Assembly: GCA_951406725.2 (NCBI GenBank)
Contig: OX597815.1
Location: 135,532,001 to 135,596,000 of the forward strand
Source: Octopus vulgaris
Taxonomy: Eukaryota
Direction of reading: 5' to 3'
Length of the DNA stretch: 64,000 nucleotides
Position numbers and translations under genes: made by a program. The notes under the pieces are model-generated. The model made no database searches. It was not told where the DNA came from and worked only from the letters and a program-made list of their open reading frames with translations. Below, piece by piece: positions 1 to 11,541 of this stretch (its first letter is position 1; every line of letters begins with the position of its first letter).

Positions 1-19
1 AGTTAGCGTCTATTATTAC

Positions 20-1450
20 AGTGAAAACCATCAATGTAACCTAGAAATTATTTGTGGACGATCAAAAGGTTTCTATGGGAAATATCTAAAGCGCCAAGAA
101 TTGGATTCAATAACATTTTCGGTTTATACCGGGCATAGAATTTGAACAAAAGAAATGCTTATATTTGAACACGGAAAATGTTTCCCCGACCCACCAAGTT
201 TGATATCACTGGTCGCTTTGTCTCCTCTGTTCCACAGAAGAAGCACAACAATATTTCATAATACAGTATTGGTACTGATGTCGGGATTTGAGATACTTGA
301 CTGATTTATGGGAGGAAGGCACTCCATATATATTAAAATTTGTAAGATCTTTATACCAGCAATGAGCTTCCACAGAAAAAGGGACATTGACAAGCTCTCT
401 CTAAGAAGGAAAGAACGTGGAAATGGGCTTGAAGTAAATACAGACAGACAGTAAATGTTTTATGATATCACTCAAACTTTAGCAAACAGCATCAGCAAAA
501 AATAAATATATCAACGAAAAAGTTCTCAAAAGTGAAAGGAACAACATCCTACGGGGCAATAATTGACTTCTCAAGAAGTGCTCATTTCCAGATAGCCTTC
601 TACATAACACTAAAATTGATGCACAAGCATACCTCAACAATGCTCTGGAAGAGAAACAATCTCCATACTGAAAGATAAAAGTTATATAGAATAGGTTCCC
701 GGAAATTTATGGATAAAACTGTCACTGACAGGAAGTGTAGATTTTCTTGAACTCTTAACTGTTATATCACATCATGTTTCATCTCACTTGTCTTTGCAAC
801 CCACCGCAAGACATACGTACCAAATAGTTTATGAATATCATAAGAACAAAAGAGGGCCAAACCATTATACATCAAAAACGCGACCGAAAATGTCAGTAAA
901 CTTAGATCCTCGTGGAAGATATTACACATGTAATCAACCGTTCATAATGTCATTAAGTTGCTACCTTCCAATATGGCATGACGTTGATACTCAAACAATA
1001 TCGAATGTCATCTGTAGGTTGGAATAAATTTAGAAAACACTTTTATTGCTCGTGACATATACATGCATTAGCAGAAGAAATATTAGCGGAACATTCTTCT
1101 GCCAAGTGCAAACAAAACAGGCCTGATATATTGTTTAAGAGAGAAAGGAAAACTTATGCACAGTTACAGAGGTCAGCTGTCCTGCAGATTTTTCTTTCAA
1201 AATGATTATGAAAGAGAATATTTACGTATAACTTCTTCGAAATCTATACTTTATCTATTCGGATTATAAATGTACAATCATGTCTATAATTACTGGAACT
1301 CTTAGTTGGCTATATTAGTAAATGTCTAACTGGTAATCTTGAAAAGCTGTGGAACTTTACGTTAAAAAAGTGACCGGCTAATACGAATTTTGTAAATATA
1401 ATCTGTAAGCGAAGCCGTAAAAATACGCAAGCTTACAAAAAGGAAGTTAA
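20..1450 (+). mobile_element. Decayed R4/Dong-like non-LTR retrotransposon (RT C-terminus plus restriction-like endonuclease)
   Basis: Manual translation gives LFVDDQK (48-68), GIEFEQKKC (~132), SFHRKRDIDKLSLRRKERGNGL (~365-430), CKQNRPDI (~1107) and EVSCPAD (~1170). Many stops and frameshifts. Confidence 0.75.
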
Positions 1451-1842
1451 CGTGTCGTTTCACTGTTTTTTCTTTAAATAGAAATTCCAGATAAATTATT
1501 AGAAACAAACTCCTTCTTTATAGAAAGAATTCATATGAAAAGATAACTACATTACATATAAAAAACTTCAAAGACACAGTAACATAAAAATAGAGTAGTC
1601 AATTTTGGACCAACAACCATTATATTAGCTCCCACTTTGAGAGTATGCTTTTGAGATCCAGTAATTGGATTGCAACAAAAGATTATGAAGGTACAGGCAA
1701 GCAACTGCGACAGAGCCTTCATGATACTATTTACGTACGACAGCTGATGTAGTGGAGAAAACCCTATGCAATGCAATTCGTAAGGAGAATAGCCCTGAAA
1801 ATCCAAATGGTTTAAAATTTTGGTACTAAGCCAGCTGTACAA

Positions 1843-2022
1843 GGGGAGGGAATAAGTCGATTATATTGATTCCAGTGCTTAACTGGTATTATTTTATCGA
1901 TCCAGGAAGGATTAAAGGCAAAATCGATTTCAGCGGTATTTGATTTCAGATCATAAAGAGCCTGAAGAAATACTGCTAAGCATTTTGTCCGAGGCGCTAA
2001 CGCATCCGCCAGCTTATTGCCT
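1843..2022 (-). mobile_element. Nin-domain-like tRNA SINE, diverged copy
   Basis: Reverse complement resembles GTCGACTTTGCCTTTCATCCTTTCGGGGTCGATAAA..GTACCAG seen in many copies in this window. Confidence 0.7.
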
Positions 2023-2341
2023 TATATCCAAAAGATCAAAACAAAAGCGATCAGAGTTATGTGCAAATTATACTCGCCTATAGTATGCAAGAATACAGAT
2101 GGAATTATCTGAGTTTAGGAAAAGAATGTATGAAGTAGACATTAATATAATGATAGCGGTAAAAAGTGAAGAAAACAGAAATATCATTATTTCTAAATTT
2201 CTCTAAAGGAGACTACGGCAGCAGTCCTGGGTATTAATATTTATCGCCAAGCTAACATGGCAGTCTAGAGAAATAGGACGAATGCTACCGTTACAATCTT
2301 CGAAGAGGGGACATCATCAGCTTCCCCTTGCTGCTTCAACA

Positions 2342-2384
2342 TCCACAGACCGGTTTCGGTGTATTTGTCCCTTATCAATGTGGA
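2342..2384 (-). ncRNA. Minimal type I hammerhead ribozyme motif (U3-A8 variant)
   Basis: Reverse complement TCCACA-TTGATAA-GGGACAAATACACC-GAAAC-CG-GTC-TGTGGA. Confidence 0.65.
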
Positions 2385-2554
2385 GTGGCTGAACCCAGCA
2401 GGCGTCGCTGTTAACTGCCTGTTCGAGTGTTTATTTATATATATTCAGTGGAACTGATTTTCAAAAATAGAAATCAGTGGATCTGTTCCACTGAATATAT
2501 ATAAATAAACACTCGAACAGGCAGTTAACAGCGACGCCTGCTGGGTTCAGCCAC

Positions 2555-2597
2555 TCCACATTGATAAGGGACAAATACACCGAAACCGGTCTGTGGA
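2555..2597 (+). ncRNA. Minimal type I hammerhead ribozyme motif (U3-A8 variant)
   Basis: Stem I TCCACA/TGTGGA, core TTGATAA, short stem II, GAAA, palindromic stem III ACCGGT, GUC site. Confidence 0.65.
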
Positions 2598-2769
2598 TGT
2601 TGAAGCAGCAAGGGGAAGCTGATGATGTCCCCTCTTCGAAGATTGTAATGGACACAGATTTGTGTGTCACGTAGCTAGCTAGGGTCGATGGCCTCTCGGA
2701 GCTAATCAACGGTAGCATTCATCCTATTTCTCTAGAATGCCATGTTAGCTTGGCGATAAATAATAATCA

Positions 2770-3020
2770 ATGAAGAAACCATTTGTTTTATCTATAGTGA
2801 ACTTATAAGGAACCTAGAGATACCACATTCGAATTATAGCTTTAAACTAATACCTGTGGTTATTGAGGTTCTTAGTTACTTCACTAACTGCTTCAATACT
2901 GAACTTGAGAATCCAGGCTTCGCAAAACTACAATTGACAACTCATTTGAAAATTACAATTACACACCACTAATGGAACTTTTAAAATACATAAAGCATTC
3001 CGTAGGCTTATCCTAAACTA
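2770..3020 (+). mobile_element. Second R4/Dong-like RLE C-terminal fragment
   Basis: Translates YSELIRNLEIPHSNYSFKLIPVVIEVLSYFTNCFNTELENPGF; resembles 1225-1350. Confidence 0.55.
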
Positions 3021-3369
3021 TATGTACACACCATACGTGCAGACACTCACATGCAGACAACCTATACACTTCGATAAATTAAAACATACAGATTTAGTAA
3101 CTCAATGATATATGTACAAACATAGATTCGCATATATATATATAAATAAAGCATGCATACATATATACATGTGTAAAAACAGACAAACAAAAACTTCATT
3201 AAATCTGCACTAGTGTCTTGCTTTTTCGACATCTATGGTAAGGAATTTCTTTTATACATATTATATCCGGGATAACTACATTGGTGATGAAAATGATGCG
3301 CAAAAAGCAAGGATTCCCAGAGAAAAAATGGAGCCAGTCTATGCATCGCCATGATAGATCGTTAGCCAC

Positions 3370-3537
3370 TACACACATTTTTTTTCTCTCCTTGTTTTTT
3401 CTATGTCCCTTTCTGTAGAAGAGCGTAGGCTCGAAACGTAAAAGACTTTTTCTATTCTTGAGCGTTATACTAATACATCTGTTTGTTTTGTACACCACCT
3501 GTCTTCGTCTTTTGTTTTTTTCGTAATCTCTCCCTAC
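3370..3537 (+). mobile_element. PLE terminal-repeat-like fragment with hammerhead-like motif (3409-3444), ending in a TA tract
   Basis: CTTT-CTGTAGA-A-GAGC-GTAG-GCTC-GAAAC-GTA-AAAG; related copy at ~46290-46440 (-). Confidence 0.6.
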
Positions 3538-3559
3538 ATATATATATATGTATATATAT

Positions 3560-3594
<35 letters not shown>

Positions 3595-3685
3595 CACAAT
3601 GTAAATATATTAGCAATATTATTAAAAAAGAACGTGAATTAACTTGCAGAATTTCTAAATGGTTACACGGTTATTTGGTCAACTG

Positions 3686-4075
3686 TTCATTCGTTGTACT
3701 CCGTCGGTTACGACGACGTGGGTTCCATTTAATCTGATCAACGGAACAGCTTGCTCATAAAGTTAACGTGTAAGTGGCTGAGCACTCCACAGACACGTGT
3801 ACCCTTAACGTAGTTCTCGGGGAGATTCAGCGTGACACAGTCTGTGACAAGGCTTGCCCTTTGAAATACAAAGAAATACAATAGAAACAGGAAGAGTGAA
3901 AGTCGTGGTGAAAGAGTACAGCAGGGTTCGTCACCCCTCTACCGGAGCCCCGTGGAGTTTTAGGTGTTTTCGCTCAATAAACACTCACAACACCCAGTCT
4001 GGGAATCGAAACCGTGTCTCACGACCGCGAGTCCGTTACCTTAACCACTGGGCCACTGGGCATTTGCGCCTCCAC
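3686..4075 (-). mobile_element. tRNA-headed SINE with RTE-like tail
   Basis: Reverse complement begins GTGGAGGCGC..CAGTGGTTAAGG..GGTTTCGATTCCC (A/B boxes) and ends ..GTCGTCGTAACCGACGGAGT. Confidence 0.75.
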
Positions 4076-4886
4076 TCAACTGTTCATACATGTTCATTGA
4101 CAGATAACCATATTTTTACTTGAAAATATTGAATACGAAAGGTATGAGGCTAAATAACTGTTCTATTTGACAACCAGAAAATTTGATATAAGAGTGTCAT
4201 TTACGACTAAGAAAATCGTTGTTTTAAAGAAAACGCCGATGAAAATGTTTACTTTGAGGAATATATCTTATTTGGTCTAAACGAGAAACGAATTTCGGTA
4301 ATTGATCTGAGTCGAATCTATTTTCATTAAGAAGTTTATGTATCTAATTAATTTATATGAACTTGCAAGAAAAAATGCACCTGCTATTAGTTAACACAAC
4401 TTCATTGGGCCATAAATTGGAAAACAACTTAACGTAATGTTCCGCGGCACGCAACCAAATTTCAACTGCCTCATTTCTTTTTTAGGTGTATCGACAAATC
4501 AATACAAAGATTTCAGTCAGGAACTAAAACTGAAACTAAAAACGTTTGCGATATTTGTGGCTCAACCTCAGCGACAACATGGTCAGGCTCTTAGTGTTTA
4601 AAATCAGTAAAAAATGTGAAAACTACTGGAGGAAACGTCATTCGTGATCAAGAGAAAAAAAATTATTCCCGGTGGTTAGGCGTCATCACAATGACCAGTA
4701 GGATAAGGACATCATCAGCATTAACCCCAGCAAGTATACGCTAATATTTAGTATAAGATTATTTACAAGATAACGCAGGAACTTCAACGCTGTCGTTCGA
4801 CGTGCTACAAATGGCAGTCGAACATCCTTCGAATTATTCCCTACCGTCTGAAAAAAGTAGGGCTCATTGCATAATGTAGTCCTAGA

Positions 4887-5001
4887 TACACTGCCTCCAT
4901 ATATATATACTGCCTCCGTATATACACTGCCTCCGTATATACAATGGTATTTGTCTGCTCCGTATACACTGCCTCCGTATATACGATGGTATTTGTCTGC
5001 T
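4887..5001. repeat. Minisatellite (TACACTGCCTCCGTATA-based units)
   Basis: Repeated tacactgcctccgtata and atggtatttgtctgct units. Confidence 0.8.
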
Positions 5002-5734
5002 AACATCCGCTTACACGTTGGTTATCACTAGTGTCGAGCAAAAGATACTCATGGTAACGAACAGTCTAATCAAACCCGGAACTTCGTGTTCGCCACTGAA
5101 CTCACCAGAATTCTTAATGACACTACCTTGCCTACTATGATTACATTTTACAGTTTAATCACACAATCATTGTGCACCACTATCGTTATTCAACCGAATC
5201 AACCACTAAACAATTAGTTGCCTTTGTTTTTTCAGTTTGCTCGATTAATTAATTGATTACTTGCATGTATTTCTCCTCTGATGTGTGAGGAAAAAAAAAC
5301 TAAAGCTAGGAACACCATTTTTCTTTCAAGTCAATGGTCACTAAGCAAAATAACAAACAGATATTATATTTTATTTCCCGGCATTTTGTTTTTGAGCAAG
5401 TTATTAGAGCATTAATTCTGTTACTCCAATCTAATTCAATATGTCATGTAATGGTAGATTTACAAGCATACAGAAAGGGGAAAAATATGTTAGTTACGCG
5501 GCGAACGAAATGCAATATAAATATGTTTCATAGCAACTCGATTTCTTTCAGATTGCGGTGGTTATAATAGTAGTGTAAAATAACAATGATATACTGAGAA
5601 TGCATTTAAAATGAATATTATTTGCACTCGTTAAATTTTCTATATTAATAGTGGGTCAAATATTGTTTTCCGATTAGCGGACTGAAACAGTAATAGTAGC
5701 TATACTAACAACCCCATTCAAAGATTCCTGTGGC

Positions 5735-5897
5735 TAAAGCCGTTCCAAGCCTGACTATTCTGTGAATTTTTCAGACAGTGTATGTACGACTATATTATCC
5801 AATGTGTTCTATTTTTTAAAGATAGTTGTGAATGAATTGAGGGAGGTATCGCTGATGTTTCTAGCTGATGAAATGACCAACTTACATTTGCTGGCTC
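5735..5897 (+). mobile_element. Old diverged SINE-like repeat; other copies at ~17810-18030, 19880-20075, 24940-25090, 27250-28090, 29700-29860, 38410-38620, 39500-39700 (+) and 31810-31990, 54980-55110, 62640-62760 (-)
   Basis: Recurring motifs ACATTATCCAATGTGT..TAAGA and GAGGGAGATTT.GCTGCTATTTCTAGC. Confidence 0.55.
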
Positions 5898-6179
5898 GTG
5901 GCAGGGGAATTATTAAAAGTATTTCTTCTTGTTACTAGAATCATTATAGTAAGCAATATTCCAAACACAGGGACTTTTCTCATTGTACAAGAAAAAAAAA
6001 AATGCCTAAATTATTCTCAAGCGATCTGTCACAAAGTATCGACGCTGCGTAAATTATGCCCCTTGAAAAAGAATATTATACAGACATTCTCTCTATATAT
6101 GTTGTATTTTTTACGCTTGATCTAATGTCATCTGTTTTAATGAAGTCTAATAATTATGCGCTCCCTGCTTTCAATGGAG

Positions 6180-6540
6180 AAGAAAAATCAATGTCTCCTA
6201 CAGTTTCATTGTTGATGACCTGAAAATATAAGCCAGTAACATCAACAGAGCCAAGTATCAATTTGACTCAGTAAAAAGTATATTCACGGGCCACTGGGAT
6301 GGAATTATGCCAGAACAAACACTTGTTTGTATAATAAATTAAGATAGGACTAGAAACCAACCAGGATAAGGGTGAAAAATGTACTTTCTAAAACATTTTT
6401 GCCTTAAACAATGATAGTTATAAATACCTCGGTAAAGATGAAAATGTATCTTGCATGTTTATTGGAAACAAGGCTCGAGTGACCATTAACACCAAACTCA
6501 GAAATAAAGCATTTCCATACACTAAAAATCATTATCTCAA
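6180..6540 (+). mobile_element. R4/Dong-like RT remnant
   Basis: Translates FIVDDLKI (~6205), TGMELCQNK and YKYLGKDEN (~6419). Confidence 0.65.
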
Positions 6541-6737
6541 TATATTTACGGAGTAAGTTTTGGCACTAAGATTCGGAGTCGTGACTAGAATTTCAAGTAC
6601 AGTCCTTTCTTTGGTAAAGAAAAAAGAAAATATGCTTAAAATTGTTAGTTATGTTTGTACTAATTGTACCACGGACAACTGATCTATCTAAAAGAAGAAA
6701 CTTATAGGACTAATATCTTTCAATATTCATTTACAGC

Positions 6738-6903
6738 TTCGTCTGTCATTATGTTCTGAGTTCAAATTCCGCCGTGGTCGACTTTGTCTTTCATCCTTTC
6801 GGGATCGATAAATTAAGTACCAGTTGCATCCTGGGGTCGATCTAATCGACTGGCCCCACTCCCCCAAAATTTCGGGCCTTGTGCTTAGAGTAGAAAAGAA
6901 TAT
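6738..6903 (+). mobile_element. Nin-domain-like SINE, 5'-truncated
   Basis: GAGTTCAAATTCCGCC..GTCGACTTTG.CTTTCATCCTTTCGGG. Confidence 0.8.
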
Positions 6904-7167
6904 TCATTTACAGCTTTTATTACTTATGGTATTTTCTGATTTTAAAAGCTACAGGAGTTAACTTTTAACTTTCTTACTCGGAACCAATATTCTTTTCTAC
7001 TCTAGGCACAAGGCTCTAAATTTTTATATTATAACTAGATCTCCTAATATGCTAAAGAGTTCGTATGGGAGATTTTCGCTAATCCAACATTTCAGAATAT
7101 AGCTTCCAGATAGAATTTGTATGGAAAAATTCACCTGAAAAATCTCATTATTTCACGTGCATTTCAC

Positions 7168-7535
7168 GAGCATATTGCGTAGTGGTTAAGAGTGCGGGCT
7201 ACTAACCCCAAGATCCCGAGTTCGATTCCAGGCAGTGACCTGAACAACAACAACAACAACAACAACAACAAAAACAACAAAAACAACAACAACAACAACA
7301 AAAACAACAACAACAACAACAACAACAACGACGACGATGATGATGATAATAACAACAACAACATCGAAAAATACCTTAGGAATGAGAACCCAAGTTCGAA
7401 ATTTTCCCAAGACATCTGATGAAGGCTAGAGGGTATATCAGCCGAAACGTTGTGTTAACAAAAAAAAACAAGATGACAAATATCCGTCAATTGTAAATAA
7501 TGTTCATAATTCCTCATCTCTTAAATATAGAACTG
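7168..7535 (+). mobile_element. Chimeric element: tRNA-derived head + (AAC)n + PLE-type hammerhead module
   Basis: A box GCGTAGTGGTTAAG, B box GAGTTCGATTCC; hammerhead at 7411-7456; possible TTTCAC target duplication at 7162-7167 / 7536-7541. Confidence 0.75.
7411..7456 (+). ncRNA. Minimal type I hammerhead ribozyme motif
   Basis: GACAT-CTGATGA-A-GGCT-loop-AGCC-GAAAC-GTT-GTGTT; canonical core, loopless palindromic stem III (ACGT). Confidence 0.7.
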
Positions 7536-7578
7536 TTTCACAAGTAAAGATTGAAATAAAGACTAGCCAAGTCAGCAC

Positions 7579-7865
7579 TAGTGTTCCCAAACTAATATTT
7601 GCGCGAAATCTATATGATCTTTCGCAAATCGCGGTACCTATATCTATAGTTTGCAGACAAATTTGATTTTAATAAAAAACATCAAATGAAACAGAAAATT
7701 TATTCACAAAAACTAATTTAAGAATAAATCGCATTTGTTTCATAAAACAAATTTTTATAAAATGTTAAGGCCTACATTTCGTTGAACCCCATGATAATTT
7801 TGTAGAACCCTTTAATATTTTTCTCGGAACCCTGTGCTTTCTTGGATCTCACTTTGAGAAATCCT
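7579..7865. mobile_element. Probable hAT/Charlie-like MITE remnant
   Basis: Ends TAGTGTTCCCAAACT / ACTTTGAGAAATCCT and subterminal GAACCC repeats. Confidence 0.4.
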
Positions 7866-8121
7866 ATCACAAACTACCCGAATAGCTATAGTAACAAAAA
7901 TAAGTTCTAAAAAAGGACTCAAAATTAAATGTTTGTAGGAAAGAGTAAGGATTATTTAATCGATCCTATATATATATATATTTATCGATCTTTGAAAGAG
8001 TAAGGTAAACTTGACAGCGCTTAGAAAGAGGACACAAAGGAAGCATCAACACACTGTTGTTCTTACTAATAATGGGAGAGCGAGGGAGGAAGGGAGTGAG
8101 GGCGTGAAAGGTAAGTGAGGA

Positions 8122-8167
<46 letters not shown>

Positions 8168-8738
8168 GAATCAAGGCTTGGACAGAAAGGGGGAGAGAGG
8201 TAGAGAAATGATAATCATTTTAAACAATTGATATAACCCTTTTGTGATTTGAAAAAGAACTCGTTAAAAAAAATATTACTCAGACAATCTTTAGTCAGTG
8301 GGGAATAACTGAGGAAGAAGCATAATAGTCATTTGGTGGCTGCAGAAAAGCCGAAGTTGATTTTAAATGCTATTAATACACGGAACATTTGTTGCGGGCA
8401 TACAAAGCGAACATCAAAGGGAAGCAAAACGTGAATACCCCCCCCCCTGGGATTCGAACTCACATTTATTCTTCTTGAAACGTGTAATTGCGACATTATC
8501 ATAAATCCTCTCACAATATTTAGTTGTGAGATTAACACTTTTAAATCCAAACTCGTTTTGAGATCAGTTATTTAATCTGAGAAGATATCTGTATTTTGCA
8601 TACGTTTGTTTTCAATCTGCTTTCCATGTTACAGTCGATATTCTGTTGTGAAACAGTCTCACGACCTAATGTCGACTAGATTGAAAGTATAGTACGTGAC
8701 GACTGTAATTCATGTTCAGCCTCAGGTTAGCCTTGATC

Positions 8739-8968
8739 GGTGGTAGCTGGCAGAAACGTTAGCACGCCGGGCGAAATGCTTAGCGGTATTTCGGCTGCCG
8801 TTACGTTGTGAGTTCAAATTCCGCCGAGGTCGACTTTGCCTTTCATCTTTTCGGGGTCGATAAATTAAGTACTAGTTACACACTGGGGTCGATGTAATCG
8901 ACTTAATGCCTATGTCTGTCCTTGTTTGTCCCCTCTATGTTTAGCCCCTTGTGGGTAATAAAGAAATA
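8739..8968 (+). mobile_element. Nin-domain-like tRNA SINE
   Basis: GCTGGCAGAAACGTTAGCACGCCGGGCGAAATGC..GAGTTCAAATTCC..GGGGTCGATAAATTAAGTAC. Confidence 0.85.
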
Positions 8969-9139
8969 GGTATCTATTCCAATAGTTACCCCCACGACTT
9001 ATTTTAGTGTATGAAGAATTATAATGTCCAATGTGTTCTCCCCTTCTTTACATCCATGCATAGGTTTCCAGCATTGTTTCTGGCAACATGTTATTACTTT
9101 CCATGTGAAAAAAAAAAAAAAAAAAAAAAGACATATTAC

Positions 9140-9880
9140 AGAAGAATACATCTGTTAAGGCTTTCTATGTTGATAGTAAGCAAGTTATAGGCCAATAATT
9201 TTCTCTGATATTTTGTTTTGGGGAAATAAATGTTGTTTTGCACCTTCAGCATATAATTAAGTACTGAATCTCATTTGCGTAACATTTAATTGAATATCAC
9301 TACGCTATAACTATGGTATAGCGTGGTTGCATTCAATGTCTAGAAGCCTCAATAGAAATTGGGGACCTTGTCAGTGCCAGACGTTTTCCAGTTACTTGTA
9401 GATCATAATAATATATTAGCGAATTTCTTTCTGGCTTTTGAGTATTATGCTTGCGGTGCTATATTTTTTTTACCTGTTCTCTTGATGCATTATAATATCT
9501 TTTTTATTGTATGAAAAGTTTTTGTTTTTTGTTTCCTTCGAGTAAACTCGACTTTTTGTTGATATTGGTGTGTCTTCCAGCGTTATATTTTTTGGTTAAT
9601 ATCTCAGTAGAATTTTTTAATATTTAATACAAATACATATTTTACCTGGAAGAAGCGTTTACGTTTTTAAAGCGTTTTATCCGGCATGTTTCTGCTGATA
9701 TTTGTTCAAGCTTATATTTTGCTTTCAGGTTGTCTTTTAATTTTTTTTATCGCTACACTTTTCATATTTACGCTCTTTTTTTAACTTTTTCATGCTGGAT
9801 CCCTTCTTTCTCATTTCGCTAAGTAAGGATAAGGCTTCCATTTTCCTTTCAGTTTTATGTGATTAATGTCTATTTTTTTA
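9140..9880 (-). mobile_element. Highly decayed PLE (Naiad-like) RT remnant
   Basis: Minus strand YVFVLNIKKFY*DINQ (FDI..FYP.I-like), preceded by an ISRNMPDK-like segment. Confidence 0.35.
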
Positions 9881-9947
9881 AATCTCTCGTTAAGAAACAG
9901 TAAAAATACCTTGCAATATTAAAATATAGTAACCATGAAAACTTTCA

Positions 9948-10160
9948 CTTTTGTTTGCTTTCGTTTCAATCATCAGAATGCGGCTGTGCTGGGGTATCGC
10001 CTTGACTATTTAATAGAATGAATGAATTCACCCCAGTACTTCTTTTTCAAAGCCTGGTACTTGTTCTATTAGTCATTTTGTCGAACTGTTAAGTCATGGA
10101 GTCGCAAACACAACAAGCCTTGGTGGGAGACAAATACAGACGCAAATACACGCACAAACA
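9948..10160 (-). mobile_element. CORE-like SINE, 3' part
   Basis: Similar to 58377-58600. Confidence 0.65.
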
Positions 10161-10308
10161 ACTATACATATATATACATACACATATACACACATATATA
10201 CAAAATATATATATATTTATCATAAGAGATACACATTTATATATACACACATATATATACATATATATATACATATATATATATATACATACATACATAT
10301 ATATATAT

Positions 10309-10363
<55 letters not shown>

Positions 10364-10364
10364 T

Positions 10365-10420
<56 letters not shown>

Positions 10421-10711
10421 TATAATAATAAGGGTTTTTTGCAACAAGTTGCTTAACCACATACCGAAAATTTTATAAATAGCAGCCAAAAGACTACTAT
10501 TTAGTTGACTAATAGTAGTCTTTTGACTGCTATTTCTAAAATTTTCTGTATGTGGTTAAGCAACTTGTTGCAAAAAACCCTTATTATTATAATTATATAA
10601 ATGTTTACCGAATATGGTCCTTTTCCATACCGAAATACTACTAGGTGAAATTTGTTGATTTTATTAAATTAATTACATTTCACCCTATATCTATAATGAC
10701 TATATATATAC

Positions 10712-10752
<41 letters not shown>

Positions 10753-10826
10753 TATATACATATAAATATACATATATCTACACACACATATATATACATA
10801 TACATACATACATATGCATATATATA

Positions 10827-10857
<31 letters not shown>

Positions 10858-10863
10858 CATACA

Positions 10864-10919
<56 letters not shown>

Positions 10920-10935
10920 CTATATATACACCCCT
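10160..10935. repeat. (TA)n/(CA)n microsatellite with an embedded palindromic element at ~10419-10592
   Basis: Long TA tract; ~170 bp palindrome centred near 10505. Confidence 0.85.
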
Positions 10936-11129
10936 ATATAAAGAGGCCACACCTACACTTATGTTTACATGTCTATAAAATAATTTTAATAATATATGTC
11001 ACCAGTAAGAAATGGCATCGAAATATTTGGCTGTAATCTCTTCCAAAAGGTGTAACCATGAGCTTATGTTTAGAAATGTCTGTCCTCAAAGTCTTAGACC
11101 TTATACTAACAAACAAAAAATTGCGATTA

Positions 11130-11541
11130 AGGCGACGGACTGGTGGAATGGTTAGCAAATCGACAGAATTTTTTGCGGAATTCCTTCCGGCTCTTTAAGT
11201 TCTGAGTTCAATACTTACGCAGGTTAGTTTTGTCTTTCATCCTTTCGAGATCGATAAAATAAAGTACCAGTCAAGTACTGGCGTCGATGTAGCCGAATTT
11301 CTCCCTCTCCTCAAAATTGCTAGCCTTGTGCCAACTTTAGAAAGAATTATTATTACTATTAAAGTGGTGAGCTGGCAAGATCGTGTCGGATAAAATGCTT
11401 AGTGGCATTTCTTCCGACTTGTCGAGATCGATTTTGCCTTTCATCCCTCCAGGGTCGATAAAATAAGTACTAGTCAAATACTCGGTTCGGTTGCCCCTTC
11501 CTCGAAAATTACTAGTCTTGTGCCAAGATTAGAAAGAATTA
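11130..11541 (+). mobile_element. Two tandem diverged Nin-like SINEs
   Basis: CTTTCATCCTTTCGAGATCGATAAAATAAAGTACCAG and a second similar unit. Confidence 0.7.

Larger units (their letters stand above)
2238..2762. mobile_element. Fold-back element (arms ~2238-2454 / ~2485-2762) carrying two divergent hammerhead motifs, inserted in an R4-like remnant
   Basis: Near-perfect inverted repeat; the right arm has an extra ~58 bp (about 2650-2707). Confidence 0.85.

Noticed and set aside
4270-4720. Possible mariner end or transposase fragment
   Set aside because: No matching second TIR or catalytic motif found
4887-5001. CRISPR-like repeat array
   Set aside because: No unique spacers; eukaryotic minisatellite
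7175-7240. Possible tRNA gene
   Set aside because: Acceptor stem 5' strand missing; it is a SINE-type head
8440-8470. B-box GAGTTCGAATCCC on the minus strand
   Set aside because: No A box or cloverleaf
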